24,260 bases of DNA from Chiloscyllium plagiosum (GCF_004010195.1 NC_057718.1:11701186-11725445), one strand, 5' to 3'; shown: positions 9,430-20,155, counted from the first letter of the stretch. Translations and numbers: made by a program. Notes: generated by a model from the letters alone, not told the origin.

Positions 9430-11708
9430 AGTGAAGAGAATCTGCCATCCTTACTTGGCCTGACCTACATGGGACTCCAGATCCACAGGAATGTGGCTAA
9501 CTCATACCGTTCTCTGAAATGGCAAACCACTCAGTTGTATCAAATCAGCAAGAAGTCCCAACAAAGGAATTAAACAAGACAAACCCACTTGGAACCAATC
9601 TAGTTATCAGAAAAAATAATGGCAAACAGCCCTGTTGAGATTGCAAAATCCTTCATACTAACAGCTGACAAACTAGTCAAGCAACAGGCTGACAGGCCTG
9701 TACGGTATGATTCCATGAATATGATAATATCCTCGACATCATCACCACTATCTTTGGGTTCGCCCTGACTCACCAGCAGGACAGCCCTGGCAGAGGTAGC
9801 AGTGATAGGGTTAGAGTTAGGGCTATGGGAAGAGTTAAGGTCAATGATGCAGGAGCCCAGCACATCAGTGGAGAATGGTACACAGTTGGGAGGGAGTTGT
9901 TCCTCAAAAACTATTCTGGAACCCATGAAATCTCATGGAATCAGGTCAAGGAAACCTCCTGCTAGTTACCACATACCCTGCTTCCTCTCAGCTGATGAAC
10001 CAGGAATCCTCCATGCCGAAAACCATTTGAGTAAGCACTAAGTGTAGCAAAGGTGCAGAATATCTTCTGGATGGGAGACTTCAATGTACATCATCAAAAG
10101 TGGCTCAGCAATTCCACGACCACCATTGCGATAAAGGCAGATTAACCCTGGTCAATACAGACTACAGTGCAGGAGCAATAATGGAGAGTGTAATGGAGGA
10201 GCAGCACCAGGCAGACCTAACTATGGAGGTATCAATCTGGAGACATCAAAGCATAGGATTATTTGCATGCCAAACAGCATAAACAGCAAATGACAGACAA
10301 AGCTAAGCAATTCTGCAACCTACAGTTCAGATCGAAGCTCTGCAGTCTTGCCACATCAATTCATAAATGATGTTGGACAATTAAACTATTCACTAGAGGA
10401 AGCTCCACAAATCTCTCCATCCTCAATGATGTCGGAGCCCAGCATATCAGTGCTAAAAGATAAGGCTGAATCATTTGCAATAATCTTCAGTAAATAGTTT
10501 GGGTGGATGTTCCATCCTGACCAACTCCAGGGATCCCCACCATCACAGATGCGAATCTTCAGCCAATTCGATTCACTCCACATGATATCAAGAAATGGCT
10601 GGGGGTACCTGGTACTACAAAGGCTATGTGCTCTGACAACATTCTGAAAATAGTTGTGAAGATTTGTGTTCTACAATTTGCCACTGCCTCAGCGTTCCAA
10701 TATAGCTAGAGCATTGCCATCTACACAAAAGTGTGGAAAATTGCCCAAAAAATTCTATGTATAAAAGGCATGACAAATTTAACCTGGCCAATCACTGCTG
10801 CATCTGTCTGCTATTGATCATCACGGATGTGATGGGCAGGGGTCAGCATCAACAGTGCAGTAAGGCAGGAAATTCCAATAACCAGCTCACTGATGTTCAG
10901 CTCATGCTTTACCAGAGCCATCCAGCTCCTGATGTTATTCCAATCTTGATCCAAATACAGACAAAAGAACTAAATTTCAGAGGAGAATTGAGAGCTGCCA
11001 AGATGACAATGACATCAGGGCTGCATTTACGTGGTATCATGCAACATAGCAAAATCAAAGTCAATGGGTATGAGGGAAATCTCCCAGCCAGTTGCAGAAA
11101 TGCTAAGCAAAAAAGGAAGATGGTTGTGGTTATTGGAGGTCAGTAATCTCAGTCCCAGGATATCTCTGCAGGAATTCCACACGGTCCTGGGCACAGCCAT
11201 CCTTAGCTGCTTCATCAATGACCTTCCTTCCATCATAAGGTTCATTGATGATTGCATAATGTTCAGCACCATTCATGACTTCTCAGATACCAAAGCAGCC
11301 CATATCCAAACACAAGGTTGAGACAATATCCAGGTTTGAGGTGGCCAGTGGCAAGTACCAGTCACGCTACACAAGTGCCTGGCAATGTCCATCTCCAATA
11401 AGAGACAGCCTAACCAACACCCTTTCACATTCAATGCCATTATCATCATTGAATCCCCCATTATCAACATCCTGGGAATATTATTGACCAGAAACTGAAC
11501 AGTACTAGCCATATCAAGAGAAAGTTAGAGGTGAGGAATATTGCAGTGAGTAACTCACCTCCTGACTCTCCAAAGTCTATGCAACATCTGCTAGGCAGAC
11601 GTCAGCAGTGTGATAGAATGCTCCCCGTGTGCCTGGATGAATGCAGCTCCAACAAGACTCAAGAAGCTTGATTCCATCCAGGACAAAGAAGCCCACTTGA
11701 TTGGCAAC
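9430..11708 (+). mobile_element. Decayed LINE of a second CR1/L2-group family (APE endonuclease plus RT), internally deleted
   Basis: Endonuclease motifs LTHQQDSPGRG (about 9766) and MGDFNVHHQKWL (10071-10106); RT motifs KAMCSDNI, WKIAQ..DKFNLANHCCICLLLII, VLGTAILSCFINDLPSII-FIDDC (11180-11255). Many stops and frameshifts. Confidence 0.85.
9805..9840 (+). repeat. Degenerate telomere-like hexamer array (6 units)
   Basis: ATAGGG TTAGAG TTAGGG CTATGG GAAGAG TTAAGG in exact 6-nt phase; 8 mismatches of 36 against (TTAGGG)6. Confidence 0.5.
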
Positions 11709-11819
11709 AGTGCAAAACAGTTGGCTGAAATATTTGCAACAATCTTCATCCCATGTCAAATGGATGATCTACCCTAGCCTTCTCCTCACCACAAATGCCA
11801 GTTTCCAGCCAATTCGATT
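11709..11819 (+). mobile_element. Second short fragment of the same LINE family (paralogous to about 10448-10573)
   Basis: GGCTGAAATATTTGCAACAATCTTCA...CACAAATGCCAGTTTCCAGCCAATTCGATT aligns with GGCTGAATCATTTGCAATAATCTTCA...CACAGATGCGAATCTTCAGCCAATTCGATT. Confidence 0.75.
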
Positions 11820-11820
11820 A

Positions 11821-12850
11821 TACAGTCATAGAGATAAACAGCATGGAAACAGACCCTTTGGTCCAACTCACATCTTAAACTGATCTAGTCTCATTTGCCA
11901 GCATTTGGCTCATATCCCTCCAAATCCTTCTTATGCATGCACCCATCCAGATGCTTTTAAATGTTGTAATTGTACCTGCCTCCACCACCTCCTCAGGCAG
12001 CTTGTTCTATAACTGCACCACCCTTCGCATGAAAAAGTTCCTTCTAAATCTTTACACTTTAAATCTCACACTTTTTTTTAGATTAGATTAGATTACTTAC
12101 AGTGTGGAAACAGGCCCTTCGGCCCAACAAGTCCACACCGACCCGCCGAAGCGCAACCCACCTATTCCCCTACATTTACCCCTTTACCTAACACTACGGG
12201 CAATTTAGCATGGCCAATTCACCTGACCTGCACATCTTTGGACTGTGGGAGGAAACCGGAGAACCCGGAGGAAACCCACGCAGACACGGGGAGAATGTGC
12301 AAACTCCACACAGTCAGTCGCCTGAGTCGGGAATTGAACCCGGCTCTCTAGCGCTGTGAGGCAGCAGTGCTAACCACTGTGCCACCGTGCCGCCCAAATC
12401 CTTCCCTCTAGTTTTGGACTCTCCTTCCCTGGGAAAAATCCTTGGCGAGTCACCCTATCCATGGCCCTCATGATTTTATAAACCTCTATAAGGTCACCCC
12501 TCGGCTTCCAATGTTCCAGAGATAAAAGCCCTACCCTATTCAGCCTCTCCCTGTAGCTCAAACCCTCCAGCCCCAGTAACATCCTTGTAAATCTTCTGTG
12601 CACCTTTTCAAGTTTGACATCTTTTCTATGGCAGAATTGAATAAATGTTCTAAAAGTGGCTTCACTTATGTCCTGCACATCCACAACATGACCTCCAAAC
12701 TCCTAAACCCAATGCACTGACCAATGAAGGCAAATGTGCCTAACGCTGTCTTCTTCACCACCCTGTCTACCTGTGACTCCACTTTCAGAGAACTATGCAC
12801 CAGCATGCCTAGGTCTCTTTATTCAGCAACACATCCCAGGGCCCTACCAT
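11821..12850 (-). mobile_element. CR1-clade (HER1-like) LINE 3' portion, interrupted by an HE1 SINE
   Basis: The 3' tail antisense AGTCATAGAG..CAGCATGGAAACAGACCCTTTGGTCCAAC is at 11824. Minus ORF 12370-12684 RKDVKLEKVHRRFTRMLLGLEGLSYRERLNRVGLLSLEHWKPRGDLIEVYKIMR is CR1 ORF2. Confidence 0.9.
12072..12395 (-). mobile_element. Full-length HE1-type tRNA-derived V-SINE
   Basis: Minus strand has A box TGGCACAGTGG (12384-12374), B box GGTTCAATTCC (12340-12330), V-domain GGTTTCCTCCGGGTTCTCCGGTTTCCTCCCACA, CR1-like tail GGGCCGAAGGGCCTGTTTCCACACTG, then (TCTAA)n and an A run. CpGs are largely retained. Confidence 0.93.
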
Positions 12851-13240
12851 TTATTTAAGAAAGGTGGTAAGGAAAAGCCAGGGAACTACAGACCGATGAG
12901 CCTGACATCAGTGGTGGGTAAGTTGTTGGAGAGGATTCTGAGAGACAAGATTTACATTGCATTTGGAAATGCAAGGACTGAATAGGGACAGTCAACATGG
13001 CTTTGTGAGTGGGAGATCAAGTCTCACAAACTCGTGTGAGTTTTTGAAGCTGGTGAAGGCAGACTTTGCCTATATAGACTTCAGCAAGGTGATCAACAAG
13101 ATTTTGCATAGTGGACTGGTTGGCAAGGTTAGATCACTTGGAATCCAGGGGGAACTAGGCAATTGGATACAAAATTAGCTCCAAGGTGGGAGATAGAGGG
13201 CGGTAGAAGAGAGTTGTTTTTTTGGAATGTACACCTGAGA
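12847..13240 (+). mobile_element. CR1-clade LINE RT fragment, inverted relative to 11821-12850
   Basis: LFKKGGKEKPGNYRPMSLTSVVGKLLERILRDKIY...SQHGFVSGRSSLTN...YIDFSKVINKILHSGLVGKVRSLGIQGELGNWIQN, collinear with 23828-24245. Confidence 0.9.
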
Positions 13241-14479
13241 TTGATTTGATGATATCCAAAATCATCACGAAAGAAGAATTGAATGAATCTCTTCTTAATT
13301 GTCAATGAAGTTAGGAAATATCAGATTCTATTGGTATTTATACATTCTGCTTATACATACCTTGTTGAAATTAAGTTTTTGAAAACGTATTATTTATAAA
13401 TGTTGGATGTGTTTCAGATGAGGTAAGTGATTGCAGGATATGGTTTATCTTTGAAAGGGCTATGCCAACCCTCTCAGTCTCCTAGAGGAGGTGATGCCAG
13501 GAATGTAAACTCTTGTTAATGTCAACCCTGTTAATGTCTCTGTCACTTTTTGACCAGTTTCCATCAAAAGCATTTGGGAACAAAAAACTTTTTATCATGG
13601 GATTTTAATAAGTTGTTTTATTTTTTTAAAAATACTATTTAGTCATAGGTTGTTGGCATTCAGGCTAAAAGGAAGTTGTTTGTCCCAGAGAAAAGATGGT
13701 AATGCTAAAGAATACTGACTGATTTATGAGTTGATCTGAATAACCGGAAAAGAGTCCTGTATCATTGTATCCAAATTCCGTTTGATCTTGGTTAGTGAGT
13801 GAAGGTGATGGCAGAAGCAGGACAGGATTTATGATATGGCTGCACTTATGGGCAACATCACTAACGTTCCAACACAAAAGCGGGAGGAAGAGATCTGGAG
13901 AATTGAGTCCAATTACTGTAATATGTAATCTTTTCTGAATGTATTTATGGGCAATGCCACTCCTAGTGTGACATTTGGCAATTTATCAGCTATCTTTCTA
14001 TGAAAATTATGGGAATCTACTACTGAATTGTCTTTAAAATCGTAGGATAAACAGTTTTGTTCCCAAATGCTTCTGATGCAAAAATGTTCAAAAGTGACAG
14101 AGACGTGAATAGGATTGATTATATTATTAGAGTTTACATTCCTGGCATCACTTCCTCCAGAATTGAGATTTCAATGAATTGGATCTTTATTCGATATACT
14201 TATTCTGTTCTTATTCCTATATTGCATAGTCATGCCACATGCTTATTTGATTGCCACCATTCTTTTTATTGGCAGGGAGTTTCACAATGGATGAATACAG
14301 AAGTTTTGAAGAAAAGGATAATGCACATGTGCCATGGTGTCAACAGATACAGCCTAAAAGGAAAGCTGATTCATTGTTAAGTACCAGTGTGCCACAACAC
14401 CCCACCTACTGGTTGCATTGCCCATTAATGGAACAATGGGAGATAACACATTAACTCAACCAGCGCTCTTTTACCCTGT

Positions 14480-14800
14480 TGTTTGTTTGAATGAAATATG
14501 TCTTTTTATATCTTTCTACAAGTACTATTTCATCATTTCTCACTAGCCTTTATCCTGGCTCTCGATACATCTATCTTGGTCCCAGTTCCGAATAGGCTGG
14601 TATTCCATGAAGCAATGTATGGAATGTCTCCATCATGGATATACTATGTATATATTAAGCACGTCAAAATCTACAAAAAACTTCAGATCCAAATTCAATG
14701 GGTTGTTCAACTTGGGGTCAGAATGTTTGCACAGGCTGACAATGTTCTCAATGCTTTTAGCCTTTAGGATCAGGAAAAACATTCTCAATCACTTAACAGT
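14480..14800 (-). mobile_element. Possible ancient CR1-like ORF2 C-terminal remnant
   Basis: Minus translation LRMFFLILKAKSIENIVSLCK..PKL..PIEFGS..DFDVL..MEYQ..RARIK loosely follows the CR1 pattern LG.I.R...KS.E....LYK..VRP.LEY..QFWSP...DI..LE. Confidence 0.3.
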
Positions 14801-15359
14801 AACCTCACACCACATGGTTACATTATTGTACAGGGTTTTGTGGTTCCCCTGCCAAAGTTAGTGAACAATTAGGACAGGCTTTTAGGAAACTGAACGTTGA
14901 CACCAAGAACTGAGTTGAGCAGTAAGAAAGTTAAATAGCCAAGAAAATGCAGAGGTCCTCAAATGACCTTTTGTGGTGGTGGGACAGGTGGTTGTAAAAT
15001 CGAGACTCTAATGTGACTACAGGGCACTTTGTACAGACCATAATGGATGCCCCATTGGGCTGCTATAAGTGTATCGGTTGCATTGTAATTATCAAGTCAA
15101 TATGTCTGACAGAAGGTAATGAGAAGAAATAACAGGCTGGAGCTCAACGATAACTTGTGATCCTTATCCCACCTTATCCTTACTTGCGGCTTGGGTGAGA
15201 TGTGAAAGTACAGGTCAGTTACAGTCATATACCAGCAAAGAACCAGTGTTTTCAGCTAAAGATCATGAAAACGTTGCAGAGACAAACAAGAACAAAACTC
15301 TGCAGGAGGAAAAAAGAAATCCCTGGTACAAGCTGGATACTCCTCATTGTCTGTTGTGA

Positions 15360-15550
15360 CAAAACCTCTAACAGGACTAGACAGGGAATATGCAGGAAGA
15401 GTGTTCTCAATGACCAGGACGTCCAGAATTAAGACTTACAGTCCCAGGATATGGGATGGGCCATTTAAGACTGAGATAAGGAGAAATTTCTCCATCCAGA
15501 AATTTGTAAATCTGTGGAATTCTCTGCCACAGAAAGTGATTGAGGTCAAA
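15360..15550 (+). mobile_element. CR1-clade LINE 3' region, left part (continues at 16366)
   Basis: LTGLDREYAGRVF...GPFKTEIRRNFSIQKFVNLWNSLPQKVIEVK, which breaks off at the nested minus-strand LINE. Confidence 0.85.
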
Positions 15551-16366
15551 TAGAGTCATAGAGATATACAGCATGGAAACAGACCCTTTGGTCCAACCTG
15601 TCCAGGCCGACCAGATATCCCAACCCAATCTAGTCCCACCTGCTAGCACCGGGCCCATATCCCTCTAAACCCTTCCTATTCATATACCCATCCAAATGCC
15701 TCTTAAACGTTGCAATTGTACCAGCCTCCACCACTTCCTCTAGCAATTTGTTCCATACACGTACCACCCTCTGTGTGAAAAACCTCTCCCTATAGCTCAA
15801 ACCCTCCAACCTTGGCAACATCCTTGTAAATCTTTCAAGTTTCAGAACTTCCTTCTGATAGAAAGGAGACCAGAATTGCATGCAATTTTCCAAAAGTGGC
15901 TGAACAAATGTCATGTACAGCCGCAACACGACCTCCCAACTCCTGCACTCAATACTCTGACCAATAAAGGAAAGCATACCTTCTTCACTATCCTATCTAC
16001 CTGCGACTCTACTTTCAAGTAGCTATGAACCTGCACTCCAAGGTCTCTTTATTCAGCAACACTCCCTAGGACCTTACCATTAAGTGTATAGATCAGCGTG
16101 GTGCTGGAAAAGCACAGGCATGTCAGGCAGCATCTGAGGAGCAGGAAAATCGACGTTTCAGGCAAAAGCCCTTCATTATGTTTTCCCAAAATGCAACACC
16201 TCGCATTTATCTAAATTAAACTTCATCTGCCACTTTTTAGCACATTGGCCCACCTGATCAAGATCCCGGTGAAATCTTCGGTAACCTTCTTCGCTGTCCA
16301 CTACACCTCCAATTTTGGTGTCATCTGCAAACTTACTAACTATACCTCTGATGCTCACATCCAAAT
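15551..16366 (-). mobile_element. Younger CR1-clade (HER1-like) LINE, 5'-truncated within RT and internally deleted
   Basis: Minus ORFs give DVSIRGIVSKFADDTKIGGVVDSEEG...WQMKFNLDKCEVLHFGK (RT FADD motif) and LSFIGQSIECRSWEV..QFWSPFY..LSYRE/RFFTQRVVRVWN..FKRHLDGYMNRKGLEGYG; the 3' tail is at 15551-15600. Confidence 0.92.
16091..16177 (-). mobile_element. Short Penelope-like terminal repeat fragment nested in the CR1
   Basis: Reverse complement ATGAAGGGCTTTTGCCTGAAACGTCGATTTTCCTGCTCCTCAGATGCTGCCTGACATGCCTGTGCTTTTCCAGCACCAC matches the other PLE termini. Confidence 0.85.
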
Positions 16367-16543
16367 AACAGAATGTTTTCAAGAAGGAGTTAGATACAGA
16401 TCTTGGGGCTAAAGGGATGAAAGCATATGGGGAAAAAGTGGGAACAGAGAACTGAGTTGGATGATCAGCCTGATCATGTGAATGACACAGCAGACTCAAA
16501 GGGCTGAATGGCCTACTCTTGCTCTTATTTTCTATGCTTCTAT
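16366..16543 (+). mobile_element. CR1-clade LINE 3' end, right part of the 15360-15550 element
   Basis: NVFKKELDTDLGAKGMKAYGEK continues the C-terminus; tail AAGGGCTGAATGGCCTACTCTTGCTCTTATTTTCTATGCTTCTAT. Confidence 0.85.
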
Positions 16544-16796
16544 CTCTCCTCTGAAGGGTTGCTGCTTAAAGTTTCCTTGGCACATTTTCAGACGTGGCAT
16601 TCTATGATACAAAAGTTAAGCAATTCAAGAACCATTTGACATACTGCTCAAGAATATTGTGCATTTTCTTTGTGACATTTTGACTTTGTGGTAGAAACCA
16701 CTGTGGTTAGGTTAAATTGTGGAAGAGGCCCCACACCAGGTGCCCAGTGATAGGAGAACATCACCAGAATAAGTTGAATTGGGGAAGGGGCCAATC

Positions 16797-17153
16797 GAGT
16801 CATAGAGGCCTATGGAAATAAGCCCTTTGGCCCAACCTGTCCATGCACCTGGTTATCACAATTAAAGTAGTCCCATTTGCCTGTAGTTGATCCATATCCC
16901 TCCATAACTATCCCATTTATGTAGCTGTCTAAATGTTTCTTAAGTGACAAAATTGTACTTGCTTCCACCACTACCTCTGGCAGCCTGTTCAGACACTTAA
17001 CATCCTCTGTGGGAAAAAACTGTTCCTCTGAACCCTTTTGTATCTCTCCTCTCCCATCTTAAACCTGTCCCTTCTAGTTTTAGACTCTCTTACTCTGGGG
17101 AAAAACTGTTTGCTATTGATGCCTCTCATGATTTTATAGATCTTTTTAAGGTC
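16797..17153 (-). mobile_element. CR1-clade LINE 3' end
   Basis: Tail antisense GAGTCATAGAG..AAGCCCTTTGGCCCAAC; minus ORF DLKKIYKIMRGINSKQFFPRVRESKTRRDRFKMGEERYKRVQRNSFFPQRMLSV. Confidence 0.85.
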
Positions 17154-17371
17154 CGTCAGTCTGCAATCCTGGGCACCTGATGGACCTATTTCTTGCAGTA
17201 GCCACTGCCTCGCTGAGGCAGCTCTCAGCTGTGAAGGCCTCTTGTTCCCAGATCCTGAATCCAAGCAAGGCGCAGTGATGGCCTGTTAATTTGCTAAATG
17301 CCCCATACTTAGTCAGGCATTCCCTCAAGAAGGCAGCACAACTCTCTTTCCAGTTCTGTAGCCAGTGGAAA

Positions 17372-17560
17372 CCACAGAGGACTGTCGAGACTGGTTGTTA
17401 AGTATACTGAAAGCTGAGATAGACAGATTTTTAATCAGTGAGGAAATTAAGGGTTGTGGAATCGAGGATTATCAGATCAGCAATGATCTCTTTAAATGGC
17501 AGAGCAGACTTAATGGGTTGGAGTGTGGCCTATGTCACTCTTTTGACCTACGGTTTAATG
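17372..17560 (+). mobile_element. CR1-clade LINE 3' end fragment
   Basis: LSILKAEIDRFLISEEIKGCG followed by ATCAGATCAGCAATGATCTC..ATGGCAGAGCAGACT, paralogous to 7327-7520. Confidence 0.8.
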
Positions 17561-17794
17561 GCTGAGATTCTGGTCACCTCCATAAATTCCACCCCCCCCC
17601 TTGTTGTGTTTGTTTGTTATTTCCATACCTTTTTAGATATATTATTTCCTCTGTCTAGTTGTTGGCTTGCTTCCCTCTGTATCATTGACTCGACAATAAT
17701 GACTTAGGATAGTAGCCAATTTCTGGAGGACACTGAAAGACTGGTGAAATAAACATGCGTCTACAGGGAATTATAATAAATCTTTAGCAATCTT

Positions 17795-17950
17795 TGGTTA
17801 AGCTATCCAGTCCTGGGCACCACGTCACAGGAAGGATGCCAATGACTTGGAGAGGAGATTCACTGTGGATAAAGGGACTTCAGTTTTGCAGAGAAATTAA
17901 AATTGCTCTCCTTAAAGTAGAGGCAGTTCAGGGGAGATTTAATGGAGGCG
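17795..17950 (+). mobile_element. Old CR1-clade fragment
   Basis: IQSWAPRHRKDANDLERRFT...LLSLK*RQFRGDLMEA resembles the CR1 pattern QFWAP..RKD..ALER..RFT...LFSLE.RRLRGDLIEV. Confidence 0.6.
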
Positions 17951-18249
17951 CTGCTCATTATGAGGAGTAAGCACTGCTAGGAAACACAGGCAACAGATGA
18001 GTAGAGGCAGCTGGCTGATGGAATTTATAGTGACTTTCTGATCTCAAAGAGCAATAATATGCAGGGCTGTGATGAAAGAGGAGGAAGAGGGAGAAAATGG
18101 GAAGAGATAGCATAAGAATGATGGGCTGAAAAACCTTTTTTATTCGCTGTATGATTCTACAACAAAAATGTGCATCCACTTAAATGAAATATTACCCAGC
18201 AACACTGTATTCTTTGGCTGAAAAGCAGGCATACCAATGGACATTCAAT

Positions 18250-18935
18250 TGCCTCTTGACATTCATTGGCATTATTATCACTGAACCTCCCACTATCAAC
18301 ATATGAGGGGCTACTATTAACCAGAAACTAAACCTGACCAGCCATAGAAATATTGTGGGCATGAAACAGGCCAGAGATTAGGAAATCTGCAGCGAGGAAC
18401 GTATTTTCTGACTCCCCAAAATCTGTCCACCATTTACGAGGCACAAGTCAGGTGTGTGATGGAATCATTCCGATTTGTCTGATGGGTGCTGCTCCAACAA
18501 TACTCAAGAAGCGCGATCCAGGACAAAAGAGTTGGCTTGAATTTCACCACATCCACAAAAATCTTTTCTCTCCTGCACCAACACTCTGTAGCAGCGGAGA
18601 ATGCGCTGCAGAAATTCACTAAGGCTCTTTAGACAGCACCTTGAAAACCATGACCTCTTCAATCTAGAATAGCAAGGGCTACAGATATGGGAATGCCACC
18701 ACCTGCAGGTTCCCTTCCAAAGTAATCACCAGCCTGGTTTGGAAATATATTGCTATTCCTTCATCGTTGCTGAGTCAAAATCCTGGAATTCGCTCCATAA
18801 CAGCACTGAGAGCTACCTGCACCTGTAGTGGTTCAAGAAGGCAGCTCACCACCACCTTTTTAAGGGCAATTAGTGATGGAAAATAAATGCTAGCCCAGCC
18901 AGTGACACCCACTTCTTATGAAGAAATAAAACAAA
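18250..18935 (+). mobile_element. 3' end of the second LINE family (same family as 9430-11708)
   Basis: 18251-18540 is collinear with 11420-11700 (CCAGAAACT..AAC..CCAGCCAT; CTGACTCCCCAAA; GCTCCAACAA.ACTCAAGAAGC). Ends GCAGCTCACCACCACCTT..AAGGGCAATTAG..AATAAATGCTAGCCCAGCCAGTGACACCCAC..AAATAAAACAAA. Confidence 0.85.
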
Positions 18936-19160
18936 GGGTAATCACCTTGGTAATAAATGGGAAGGTGATGCTCACAAGTACCAAGTTGGCAACATGTGTA
19001 TTGGATCCAAAATATGGTCGGAGCAGTATCTCAGAGATGAAACACTTTTATCTAAGATTTAGCTCAATATAAAGTTTTCAAGTTATATCTGAGATAATCA
19101 AGGAAAATAAGAGAGGAAGAGTTTCAGCTATTGCAACGAAGAGATTTGAGGTTTTGCAGA

Positions 19161-19325
19161 TTTTTTTATTCACTCGTGGGACTTGGGTGTCTTTGATTGG
19201 CTATTTATTGTCTATTGCTAGTTGGTCTTGAGAAGGTGCTGGTGAGCTGCTGCAGACTATGTGCTGTAGGTAGACACACAGTGCTGTTAGGAAAGGAATT
19301 CCAGAATTTGACTCAGCTTGTATCG
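19161..19325 (-). mobile_element. 3'-terminal fragment of the same LINE family (or its partner SINE), antisense
   Basis: TTTTTTTATTCACTCGTGGGACTTGGGTGTC..TATTTATTG..CTTGAGAAGGTGCTGGTGAGCTGC..GTGCTGTTAGGAAAGGAATTCCAGAATTTGACTCAGC is the reverse-complement paralogue of 18768-18935. Confidence 0.8.
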
Positions 19326-19404
19326 ATGAGAGTGGGGGGTGCAAGGTGGATGGCTGAACTGACCATGTCACCATGGTACAGGAAGCCTTTCAAGTTGGGT
19401 GCAG

Positions 19405-19775
19405 TAAATAGGAAGGGGGATAGACACAGAACTGTATAGTCAAAAGTGCCAATCCAGAAGGGTGTTTTGCACTGGTGTTTGTCTGGTACCTGAGTTTAGG
19501 ATCCCTCTTCAGGGCTAGAACAGAAGGTGCAGAGATTGGCAGGAAGACGGATCCAGTTACAATGGTCTGCATACATATCAAGACATAAAAAGGACTATGA
19601 AAGAGGCACTTCTAAGGGATTCTGAGCCCTTGGGGGCTAAATTAACAAGGAGAATGTAAAAGATAATGCTATGGATTATTAACTGAGTCGTGAGCAAAAT
19701 AGCATAAGGTAAATAAGGTTAATGTATTGAATGAATTATTCAAAGATGATTTGAGGAGATCTGGGTTTTGGTGGA
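19405..19775 (+). mobile_element. Decayed CR1 ORF1 (SGNH esterase-like domain) remnant
   Basis: Frameshifted translation IGRGIDTELYSQKCQSRRVFC / DPVTMVCIH / DIKRTMKEALLRDSEPLGAKLTRR*K / GLLTES*AK*HKVNKVNVLNELFKD..RSGF parallels CR1 ORF1p (IVRG.D...SRRVCCLPGA..DP.VVVHVGTNDI...LG.KLK.R..GLLP.P....N.WL..W..GF). Confidence 0.7.
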
Positions 19776-20105
19776 ATAATGGGAGCTTGAAGAAAAAGCA
19801 TGGCAATGATTGTGGGTGATTAAATCTACAAAAAGGACTGGATTTTATGTGCCCTCACTGGGTGAAGTTTTGGCACAAAGGGACATGTACAATAGATTAG
19901 GTGATCCACCACCATGCCACCAACCATTGAGACTTGACTTCATAATACACTAAGTGGGTGGGTGCTGAAATCAGCTGGCCTCCTGTTTGCCATATATAAA
20001 CAAAATACTACAGGTCAGTTAGACTTGTTAGCAAGCCTATTGACTGAATAGCTGAATAAGATGATAATATGGCTTGTGTAGATAGGTAGGCCATTTTGAA
20101 TGGTA

Positions 20106-20155
20106 GAAAGTGAGGACTGCAGATGCTGGAGATCAGAGTTGGGATTGTGGTGTTC
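20106..20155 (-). mobile_element. Extreme 3' tip of a Penelope-like terminal repeat
   Basis: GAAAGTGAGGACTGCAGATGCTGGAGATCAGAG is the reverse complement of the CTCT.ATCTCCAGCATCTGCAGTCCTCACTTTC end seen at 830-865 and 7930-7963. Confidence 0.75.

Noticed and set aside
10733..11321. Longest ORFs (137 aa, 96 aa) as a functional reverse transcriptase
   Set aside because: Frameshifted pieces of a decayed LINE with degenerate motifs.
12320..12395. tRNA gene
   Set aside because: The A and B boxes belong to the tRNA-derived head of the HE1 SINE, which continues into the V-domain and LINE-like tail.
14057..14454. ORFs of 107 and 67 aa and an acceptor-like site at 14275
   Set aside because: No recognisable domain and no good donor; consistent with chance.
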